From a virus, in IMG/VR virus record IMGVR_UViG_3300035670_010691, positions 32,001 through 96,000 of that record: a DNA stretch of 64,000 nt. One strand, given 5' to 3'. This document shows positions 48,835-56,884 of this stretch, piece by piece. The translations under genes were made by a program, and so were the position numbers. Below the pieces are notes generated by a model that worked only from the letters and a program-made list of their open reading frames with translations, was not told the origin of the DNA and did not search any database. The stretch's first letter is position 1; every line of letters begins with the position of its first letter.

Positions 48835-49380
48835 ATGACAAAACCAGAATTCACACCTTATGTAGATGCACTAACTCACTCCATGAAACTTTGTATGGAT
48901 GATCCAACCACGGTATTCATCGGACAACAAATTCGGTGGTATGGAAATCCTATGTCTAAAACTATAGAAGGTCTTCCAAAAGAAAGAATGATAGAAACAC
49001 CGGTAATGGAAGAAACACAGATGGGAATGTCTATGGGTTTGGCCATGAGAGGACATACCGTAGTAACTTTTTATCCTCGTTGGGATTTTCTCATTCTTGC
49101 GGCAAATCAATTAGTAAATCATCTTGACAAGTTAGATGCAATGTCTGATGGGCAATGGAAACCAAAAGTAATAATTAGAGTTGGTAAAGGTAGTGACAAA
49201 CCACTTGATCCAGGTCATCAACACAAAGCTGATTATTCAGATGCATTTAATCAAATACTAAAATATATTCCTATAGTAAAATTAGATAGTTATAATAAAA
49301 TAATTCCAGCATATGAAGATGCACTTCAACGAAATGGTTCTACTATATTGGTGGAATATCCTGAGTTATATTATGTTTAA
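48835..49380 (+). CDS. ThDP-dependent enzyme, E1-beta/transketolase pyrimidine-binding subunit
   Basis: VFIGQ, ETPVMEETQMGMSMGLA, DFLILAANQLVN, GHQH. Confidence 0.8.
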   Translation: MTKPEFTPYVDALTHSMKLCMDDPTTVFIGQQIRWYGNPMSKTIEGLPKERMIETPVMEETQMGMSMGLAMRGHTVVTFYPRWDFLILAANQLVNHLDKLDAMSDGQWKPKVIIRVGKGSDKPLDPGHQHKADYSDAFNQILKYIPIVKLDSYNKIIPAYEDALQRNGSTILVEYPELYYV

Positions 49381-49396
49381 ACAATAAAAATAAATT

Positions 49397-49513
49397 ATGA
49401 ATATTATACAAAAAATAAAAGATTATTTTAAAAGAAAAAAATTACACAAAGAATACAAAAAGAAATTAGAAGAACTTCGTAAAAGAGATCCTTTCGTATA
49501 TAAGAATATGTAA
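49397..49513 (+). CDS. 38-aa basic microprotein (absent from the ORF track)
   Basis: MNIIQKIKDYFKRKKLHKEYKKKLEELRKRDPFVYKNM; fills the gap between two genes on the coding strand. Confidence 0.65.
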   Translation: MNIIQKIKDYFKRKKLHKEYKKKLEELRKRDPFVYKNM

Positions 49514-49526
49514 TTCTTTTACCTTA

Positions 49527-49534
49527 TACTTATA
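49527..49534 (+). promoter_or_regulatory. putative promoter motif variant TACTTATA
   Basis: One mismatch to TATTTATA, 18 nt before ATG 49553. Confidence 0.45.
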
Positions 49535-49552
49535 TAGAGTAAAAGTATATTC

Positions 49553-52500
49553 ATGAATAGTTTATCTAATTTTCTTGTTGAACAAATCCTTTTAGAAGAC
49601 AAATCACCAATAAAGGATGTAGTAGTCGTTTATGTGGGTAGGTTTCAACCTATGCACAAAGGACATTATGCCGTCTATGAACACCTAACAAAAAAGTTTG
49701 GTAAAAATAATGTGTTCGTAGGAACATCCGACAAGGTTGAAAAAGATAGGTCTCCATTCTCATTCAAAGAAAAACAAGAAATTATGTATACGATGTTTGG
49801 TATTCCAAAAAATCGTATTGTAAATGTAAAAAACCCTTACGCACCCACCGAAGTTCTTAAAAAGTATAATGAGAAAACCACCGCGTTTGTCACCGTAGTT
49901 GGTGAGAAAGACAAATCCCGTCTTGGTGGAAAATACTTTCAAAAGTGGGATGGTGAACCAACAGAAGGATATGATGTTAGGGGATATGTGTATGTCGCAC
50001 CTTCTTTCGGTGGTGGTATAAGTGGAACTGAAACTCGTAATGGACTTTCACTTGGGTCAGACGAACAGAAAAAAGACTTCTTTAAAAATCGGGTATATGG
50101 AAAATATAATGAAAAGATTTTCCGTATGATTACCGACAAATTAAATGAAAGTTTCGTCATCAGAAAAGAAACCATAGAGGAATGGTTAATTAAAGAACAT
50201 AATCATATCAACGGAACACTTGGGTTTTCTGACACAGGTGATATGGAAGTTGATGATGGCCCAAACTCATTCTTGCCAAACTTTGAAGTATTCAACAAAA
50301 TTAATGTAGAAAGAGCAGTTAGAATTGGATACGATGTCTTACAGAAAATTACCATGGATGTGATTGAAGATTATCCAATTTATCCTGATGGGCCTGTTGA
50401 TGCAGTTTCATTTTATCCAGCAGGTGTGATTGGTAAATTAACGACAACAAACCAAGTCGATTATTATAATAATGACGCGTATGATGAGTGGTATAAACAC
50501 GCAACCCGAGTTGCAGGACAAGCAGGGTATCAATTAGTTCAAACCGAATTAGAAAAAATACACGGTAAAGAAGTCGAAGACCAATCAGAAAAAGATGCAA
50601 TTAACCTTAAAAAATATATTGAAGAAAATATCAATATACCTGTAAAAGTTGGAGATACTATTTTAACAGGAAGATTTAAGAATAAAAAGGTAGTTGTAAA
50701 AAATATCGGTAAAGATGATCATGGAATGCCCACTATAAACGGTAAAAAAGTAGTCAACTTCAGATTAGTTAAAGAAGGATTTATAGCTGAATTGGTTGGT
50801 TCAACCGTTGATTGTCAAAAATGTGACCATACTTGGGAAATTAGACCTGAAGATAAAACACCATATTTATGCCATTTGTGTGGATATGATAATCAAAAGA
50901 TGGAATTTGATTATGATGAGTGGAATAAGTGGAAAGAAAAAGAAGAAATTAATGAAGTTTCATCCAACGGTGGATATCGAGCAGACGCAGGTGAACCCGA
51001 TCCAGTTTTTGTCACAAATGGAAATATAAGAAAAATAAACTCAAACAAAGGTAGACCTGAATATTGGTTTGAAAACGGAGGGTATACACAACTTCATTTT
51101 CCAAAGGGAGATTTCCCGTTTGGTAAAGGTAAAGGAAAAGATACGGAGTCACAACAAAGAGTAGTAAAATACAAAGTTAAGAATGTAGTGAAGTCCACAT
51201 TACCACCACCAAAATCTAATGATGTAAATGTGGAAAAAATATACGAAACCATTAAAAAAGTAAATGGTAAATATGTTGTATATCCAAAAGGAGGTGGAGA
51301 CAGGTTAGGAACTCACGATACCCTTTCTGCAGCCAAAAAACAATTAGCAGCCATAGAAATTTCCAAACACAAACATGAAAGTCTTTTTGGTGGCGATGGT
51401 GGTATGAAACCTTACGAAAAACTTCTTATGGGTGGATTGGTTAAATTCATGCAAAACACACTTGGATTTTCAGGTAAAGTAGTAGTAAAGAAAAAGTCAT
51501 CAAACTCTCTATTCGGTGATTTAAGTTTAAGTGATGCTGCAATGAGAGGTAAAATCACACTTCACTACAATCCTAACTCTTCTTATGAGATAATGTTGAA
51601 GTCTCTTATACACGAACTCATACACGCTAAACAAGTTGCCAAAGGTGAACTAAAACCTTCATCTGATTACAAGTCATTAGTATGGAAGGGAAACCCTTTT
51701 ATTTCGGTAAAAGATTATAATAATTTTCAAAGAAAAGACATTAACCAATACAAAAAACTTCCTTGGGAGAAAGAAGCGTATGCTGGTATGGACAAATACT
51801 ACCGTATGTTCTTAAACTCAAAAGAATTCAAAGAGTTAGTTGGTAAAGACCCTAATTTAGATTATATCTTATCAAATTTAAACGAAGTCGGTATAGGAAC
51901 AGGTCAAAGTGGTCTTCGTATGGGATACCCCGATAAAGACCAATTAAAGAAGAGAATGAAGGATGTTGAAAACCAAAGAAAACAAACTGATAGTAATAAA
52001 GAGTTTCAGTATGAACCGATAAATGAAGGTCAGTTAGAAGATTTAGGTATTACAGACTTCAAATCCCTTTTCCAAAAAATGCCTTCTGACTTACAAAAAC
52101 GAGTATACAACCTCAAAAATATTGAGCAAAGAAAAGACACACACCCCGAGGGTAATGTCCTTAAACACACCATTACAGTCGTTAATCGTTCACTTAAAGA
52201 TGATGATATAGACATCGCAATTGCAGCAATGTTTCATGATATTGGTAAAGACGAAACGATGGGTATTCATCCAACAAAAGGACACATTACTCACTTCGGT
52301 CACGAAAAAGTATCTGCAAATTTAGTAAGTAAATACAAAAACTGGATACAAAGTGTTGGTGCTAATCCTGCAAATGTTTTATACATCGTCAAAAATCATA
52401 TGAGATATAAAGAACTATCTAATATGAGACCAAAAAAACAGGAAAAACTTAAATCATTTAGAGCATTTGATAAATTAGATAAGTTTTCTAAACACGATAG

Positions 52501-54493
52501 AGGTGGTTTAGGTGAAGGTATTGATTATGTTGTTTGTCGGGAATGTGGTGAGAAGATGAAACAAGTTCAATACAGACATCTCCAATATAAACACAACATG
52601 ACGTTGGAAGAATACAGAAAAAAACATCCAAGTGCACAACTTGTCTGTGAAACTGCAAAAAGTATTGGTGATAAAAATCCAATGAAAAACACAGAGGTTA
52701 GAAAAAAACATCAAAAATCTGTATCATCTATTGAGTATAAACAAATGATGAGTGAACGGATGACAGGTGTGAACAAAGGAAATAAACGACCTGATTTAGA
52801 AAAACTAAACAAAGATCCTAATTTTAGAAGAAAAATAAGTGAAGGTGTAAAACGTTCATATCAAAACAACCCAAGTCTTTTAGAAAACAGAACTAATTCG
52901 GGTAAAAAATATGGATTTGGAAATCAAAAAACAAAAGAAAAAATAGCAAAGATAAAAGGTCACGTTAGTCCACAAGATAAAGACCCATTTTTATTCTATA
53001 CCGAATTGGTTAGAAATAAAACAAATGAAAACTATCAAAAACATTTTGATAAAATAGAAAATGCTAAAAAACGAAGTAGAGATTTTCATTTAGATCACAA
53101 ATACAGTATAAAAGAAGGATTTGATAATAATATTCCTGTTGAAGTGATTGCACATTATAAAAATCTACGAATACTTGATGGTAGATTGAATGAGAGTAAA
53201 GGATCGAAATCTTCAATAAAACTAAATGAACTCATTGTAGATATACAAAATTCAAATGATCCACTTGATAATAGAATACTTTTATTATGCGGTGGGGCGT
53301 ACGGCCACATGGCTCATCCGTTTGATACAGAGATAAACTTAACTTTCGGTGACCTTAAAGATATTGCTAATCGTGCATTAGATGGAACACTTGAACTAAC
53401 CACCGAGAAAACAGACGGACAAGCACTTGCAATTTCTTGGAGAGATGATAGAGGTTTAATTGCTGCAAGAAACAAAGGACACCTTAAAAATCGTGGTGAA
53501 AGTGCATTGGATATAAATGGTGTATCTGCTAAATTCCAAGGTCGTGGTGGTCTTTCAGACGCTTACAATTTTGCTATGAAAGACCTAACTAAAGCAATAA
53601 AAACTTTATCTCCAAAACAAAGAGAAAAGATTTTCCAAAATGGTAGTTCATTTATGAATTTAGAAGTCATTTACCCAACTTCGGTAAATGTTATTCCTTA
53701 CGGTCAACCACTTCTTATTTTCCACGGAACAATGCAATATGACGAAAATGGAATTGCTGTTGGTGAAAATAAAGAAGCAGCAAGAATACTTGCAGGTATG
53801 ATTAAACAAGTCAACCAAGATGTTCAAGACAATTATACTATTCAAGGTCCACCCTTTATTCAATTACCAAAATCACAAACACTTTCTTCTAAAAAAGGAA
53901 AGTATTTAGGTCAAATTCAAAAATTACAAAGTGAGTTTGGTTTAAAAGATACAGATGGAGTTGCAGAATATCATCAGGCCTGGTGGTCTAATTGGGTAGA
54001 TAAAAACTCACCTGTCACATTAGACAATAAAACCAAAATGGGATTGGTTAAGAGATGGGCTTTTGGTGATAAATCTTTTAGTTTAAATAAAAACAATATA
54101 CCTGACCAAAAATTATTAGAGTGGGCACAAAAACACGAAAAAGACAACCATCAAAAAATTTCAAAAGATAATTTAATGAAATTTGAAAATATATTCTTGG
54201 GTCTTGGTGCAGAAGTATTAGAATTTACTTCATCTGCCCTAACTGTAAATCCTGATAAAGCAATTAGGGATATGAAACAAAGATTAGACCAAACTGCTAA
54301 GGATGTTCGCAAATCAGGTGACCCTAAAAAAATAGCAAAACTTAAATTAGAATTGGAAAGATTAAACTCTATTGGTGGTCCATCTAAAATCGTTCCAATC
54401 GAAGGGATAGTTTTTCAATATAAAGGAAAAACGATGAAACTTACTGGTTCATTTGCTTCTCTCAACCAAATCTTGGGTATTTTTTACGGATGA
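49553..54493 (+). CDS. multi-module putative virion polyprotein: HxGH nucleotidyltransferase, KOW-like, Zn ribbon, HExxH peptidase, HD phosphoesterase, HNH endonuclease, KxDG ligase-like domain
   Basis: GRFQPMHKGH/ISGT; CQKC..CHLC; HELIH; HPEG..LKHT...FHDIGK; CREC..H...H and HLDH...N...N; EKTDG...EGIVF...MKLTG. Confidence 0.75.
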   Translation: MNSLSNFLVEQILLEDKSPIKDVVVVYVGRFQPMHKGHYAVYEHLTKKFGKNNVFVGTSDKVEKDRSPFSFKEKQEIMYTMFGIPKNRIVNVKNPYAPTEVLKKYNEKTTAFVTVVGEKDKSRLGGKYFQKWDGEPTEGYDVRGYVYVAPSFGGGISGTETRNGLSLGSDEQKKDFFKNRVYGKYNEKIFRMITDKLNESFVIRKETIEEWLIKEHNHINGTLGFSDTGDMEVDDGPNSFLPNFEVFNKINVERAVRIGYDVLQKITMDVIEDYPIYPDGPVDAVSFYPAGVIGKLTTTNQVDYYNNDAYDEWYKHATRVAGQAGYQLVQTELEKIHGKEVEDQSEKDAINLKKYIEENINIPVKVGDTILTGRFKNKKVVVKNIGKDDHGMPTINGKKVVNFRLVKEGFIAELVGSTVDCQKCDHTWEIRPEDKTPYLCHLCGYDNQKMEFDYDEWNKWKEKEEINEVSSNGGYRADAGEPDPVFVTNGNIRKINSNKGRPEYWFENGGYTQLHFPKGDFPFGKGKGKDTESQQRVVKYKVKNVVKSTLPPPKSNDVNVEKIYETIKKVNGKYVVYPKGGGDRLGTHDTLSAAKKQLAAIEISKHKHESLFGGDGGMKPYEKLLMGGLVKFMQNTLGFSGKVVVKKKSSNSLFGDLSLSDAAMRGKITLHYNPNSSYEIMLKSLIHELIHAKQVAKGELKPSSDYKSLVWKGNPFISVKDYNNFQRKDINQYKKLPWEKEAYAGMDKYYRMFLNSKEFKELVGKDPNLDYILSNLNEVGIGTGQSGLRMGYPDKDQLKKRMKDVENQRKQTDSNKEFQYEPINEGQLEDLGITDFKSLFQKMPSDLQKRVYNLKNIEQRKDTHPEGNVLKHTITVVNRSLKDDDIDIAIAAMFHDIGKDETMGIHPTKGHITHFGHEKVSANLVSKYKNWIQSVGANPANVLYIVKNHMRYKELSNMRPKKQEKLKSFRAFDKLDKFSKHDRGGLGEGIDYVVCRECGEKMKQVQYRHLQYKHNMTLEEYRKKHPSAQLVCETAKSIGDKNPMKNTEVRKKHQKSVSSIEYKQMMSERMTGVNKGNKRPDLEKLNKDPNFRRKISEGVKRSYQNNPSLLENRTNSGKKYGFGNQKTKEKIAKIKGHVSPQDKDPFLFYTELVRNKTNENYQKHFDKIENAKKRSRDFHLDHKYSIKEGFDNNIPVEVIAHYKNLRILDGRLNESKGSKSSIKLNELIVDIQNSNDPLDNRILLLCGGAYGHMAHPFDTEINLTFGDLKDIANRALDGTLELTTEKTDGQALAISWRDDRGLIAARNKGHLKNRGESALDINGVSAKFQGRGGLSDAYNFAMKDLTKAIKTLSPKQREKIFQNGSSFMNLEVIYPTSVNVIPYGQPLLIFHGTMQYDENGIAVGENKEAARILAGMIKQVNQDVQDNYTIQGPPFIQLPKSQTLSSKKGKYLGQIQKLQSEFGLKDTDGVAEYHQAWWSNWVDKNSPVTLDNKTKMGLVKRWAFGDKSFSLNKNNIPDQKLLEWAQKHEKDNHQKISKDNLMKFENIFLGLGAEVLEFTSSALTVNPDKAIRDMKQRLDQTAKDVRKSGDPKKIAKLKLELERLNSIGGPSKIVPIEGIVFQYKGKTMKLTGSFASLNQILGIFYG
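52520..53270 (+). mobile_element. in-frame homing-endonuclease-like module (Zn finger, NUMOD3-like repeats, HNH)
   Basis: CRECG..RHLQYKH, GDKNPM, RKISEG basic repeats, FHLDHKYS...NLRILDGRLNESKG. Confidence 0.6.
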
Positions 54494-54494
54494 T

Positions 54495-55316
54495 ATGCAA
54501 ATAAAAGATGTTATTTTAAATATTAAAAATGAATATTTAGAAACTTGTAAACTTTCATCTCCATCAATTAATCATAATCTTAATGAAAAACAAAGATTAT
54601 GGTCTAATATATCAAAAAAAATATATGTAATTGGTGATAAACTTGAACATTTTGAAGACCAAGCAAATAAAGTTGGATTGAATGACATTTATTATAAACT
54701 AACTTTTCTTGATATCAGTAAAAACGAAAGTTTAAAAGAATATCGACATCTTTATGAAGAATATGTAGAAAAAATAGACGAAAATTGGCGTCTTTATTTT
54801 TACTATTTTGGTTGTCATTTATCTCATTATTTTGTTTTAAATGATTTTTTAAAATCAAACGAAACTCATGCAATAGTTTTTGAAAATGATTGTACTTTTA
54901 ATTTTGAAATTGAAAATTCATTATTGATAGAACTAAAAAAATTATTAGATAATAGAAAAGATATTGGTTATCTTAATTTGGGATTTGGTGATTTGAAAGA
55001 AGATTTTAAATCTGATATTAAAATTGGAAATTTTTATATACAAGAATTACGTTCTTCTTCCATGACTCATTCTTATATTATAAATCGAGATGAAGCTTTA
55101 AATTTTTGTAATACACTTAATTTTAATATCCCTATGCGACCTCCTAAAGAATGGTGCATTTTTGGAAGAAATAATCAACATTTGGAAATTGGATATAGAA
55201 CACAAATAGATGATTATTTTAGTACATTTGTTAGAAATTTTGGTATTTATTTTCCTCTTACATACCAAGAAAATATTAATATAGCCAGTCAAAAAGGATT
55301 TAAATATTTAGATTAA
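54495..55316 (+). CDS. GT25-like glycosyltransferase
   Basis: GCHLSHY, AIVFENDC, MTHSYII, QIDDYF; ATG 1 nt after the upstream stop. Confidence 0.6.
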   Translation: MQIKDVILNIKNEYLETCKLSSPSINHNLNEKQRLWSNISKKIYVIGDKLEHFEDQANKVGLNDIYYKLTFLDISKNESLKEYRHLYEEYVEKIDENWRLYFYYFGCHLSHYFVLNDFLKSNETHAIVFENDCTFNFEIENSLLIELKKLLDNRKDIGYLNLGFGDLKEDFKSDIKIGNFYIQELRSSSMTHSYIINRDEALNFCNTLNFNIPMRPPKEWCIFGRNNQHLEIGYRTQIDDYFSTFVRNFGIYFPLTYQENINIASQKGFKYLD

Positions 55317-55319
55317 TTA

Positions 55320-55327
55320 TATTTATA
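55320..55327 (+). promoter_or_regulatory. putative phage promoter motif TATTTATA
   Basis: Intergenic, 26 nt before ATG 55354. Confidence 0.5.
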
Positions 55328-55353
55328 TTAAAATAACCACCTAATGTGTAAAA

Positions 55354-56028
55354 ATGGGAAAAGAACAAAAAGAATTTAGAAAATCATATATGCACCCAAC
55401 TCGTAGAAAACTTGTGGATATGGTTTTGACGGGTGAATACGATAAAGATATAAAAGTAGGATACACTTCCGATATTGATAAAAAACAAATTATTAGAAAA
55501 GTCGGTGAAAAATGGGAAGATGATAAGTACATCTACGAACAGAAAGATGGATATGTAACCAAAGCGGGTAAAAACACCGAAGTATTTACAGATTTAAGAA
55601 AGTGGTTACAAGAACAAACCAAATGTAAAAACACCGAATGTAAATCTAAAAAGAGTACGCAAAAAGATAAAAAACTTATCATAAAAACAGGATATTGTAT
55701 AAACTGTTTAGCAGAAATTGAAACCGAAGTTCGTCACAAAGGAGTTTGGCAAGAATATCAAAACTACCGCATTTGGACAAAAATGATTTTAGAAGGTAAA
55801 AAAAAATTAGAAGATTTAAAAGAAGCACATGATAATTTAAAACAGGAATATGAATATATTAATTCAGATGGTCGACCAGAAAAATGGTCTCTTGATAAAC
55901 CTGTTGAAGAAGTCAAAAAAGAAATGTGGGATTTTATTGAAAAAGGTAATGAAGAAATACTTGTTTTAGAAAATAAAAAAAATGAAGCGTTTGAAATTTT
56001 AAAACAAAAAGGTTTCGATATATTTTAA
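55354..56028 (+). CDS. hypothetical phage protein with Cys pairs (possible Zn binding)
   Basis: CKNTEC and CINC; lies upstream of the terminase. Confidence 0.7.
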   Translation: MGKEQKEFRKSYMHPTRRKLVDMVLTGEYDKDIKVGYTSDIDKKQIIRKVGEKWEDDKYIYEQKDGYVTKAGKNTEVFTDLRKWLQEQTKCKNTECKSKKSTQKDKKLIIKTGYCINCLAEIETEVRHKGVWQEYQNYRIWTKMILEGKKKLEDLKEAHDNLKQEYEYINSDGRPEKWSLDKPVEEVKKEMWDFIEKGNEEILVLENKKNEAFEILKQKGFDIF

Positions 56029-56032
56029 TTAT

Positions 56033-56884
56033 ATGGATGAAATTCAAATAAATGCACTGAATAAGATAATTCATTTTTTGAAAACAAATACATTAGTAAA
56101 AGAAAAAAAATATTTTCCAAAAAATCCAAATAAAAAACTATCATTATGGAAAGAAATAACATCAAGTTTATATGTTGTTGGATTTCAAGATTTGGAACAT
56201 TTTTTTATTGATGAAGCAAACAAACAGGGTTTTTCTATTTTATTAAATCATGTTAATCCAACCCACGTTTCAGAGTTGGATAATTTTTTAGAAGAAGAAA
56301 AAAATATTATTTTGGATTTATTTGAAAAAAATGATGTTGGACATGAACCTTTGATGGCAATTGGATGTCACACTTCTCATCTTGTAGCTTTGGAACATTT
56401 TTTGAAAAATACAAATGATGATTTTGCATTTATTTTTGAAGAAGATTGTAAATTCAATTTTATTTTGAGTGATGAATATTTAATAGAATTAGGAAATTTG
56501 TTAAAAAGTGATTTGGGTAAAGATATAAATTTTTTACACTTAGGATATGAACATAGTCATAAAAATAATCTTTTTAATACAAAAAACTTTTCAATAAATT
56601 TACTAACTGACAATAATATGACTCATTCGTATTTGATAAGTAGGGAACAAGCTAAAAAATTTTGTGATACTCATGATTTTACAAAACCAATCACCAAATT
56701 AAATGATTGGGTATTTGAAAATTCAGAAACGTATGATAAAGTTAAAAATAAACAAGATATTATTTATAGAACACAGTGTGATGATTATTTTTCATACTTT
56801 TGTAAATGTCATGGTTTTAAAAAATCTGTTACTTTTCAGCAAAATATAGGAGAAAATTCAGAGAAAGGATTTAAGTATGTTTAA
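56033..56884 (+). CDS. GT25-like glycosyltransferase, paralog of 54495..55316
   Basis: GCHTSHL, FIFEEDC, MTHSYLI, YRTQCDDYFS, shared C-terminal KGFKY. Confidence 0.6.
   Translation: MDEIQINALNKIIHFLKTNTLVKEKKYFPKNPNKKLSLWKEITSSLYVVGFQDLEHFFIDEANKQGFSILLNHVNPTHVSELDNFLEEEKNIILDLFEKNDVGHEPLMAIGCHTSHLVALEHFLKNTNDDFAFIFEEDCKFNFILSDEYLIELGNLLKSDLGKDINFLHLGYEHSHKNNLFNTKNFSINLLTDNNMTHSYLISREQAKKFCDTHDFTKPITKLNDWVFENSETYDKVKNKQDIIYRTQCDDYFSYFCKCHGFKKSVTFQQNIGENSEKGFKYV

Noticed and set aside
45176-49380. Pyruvate dehydrogenase as an auxiliary metabolic gene
   Set aside because: Subunits are much shorter than E1, no E2/E3 is present, and the context is nucleotide-sugar synthesis
11560-49380. Bacterial O-antigen or capsule locus (chimeric contig)
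   Set aside because: No wzx, wzy, wzz, ABC exporter or priming transferase; continuous coupling with phage tail and head genes and similar accessory genes inside the head module
53260-53330. Possible intein ending before Cys in LLLC-GGAYGH
   Set aside because: No His-Asn/Gln before the Cys and no N-terminal splicing block; the upstream region is HNH-like, not Hint-like
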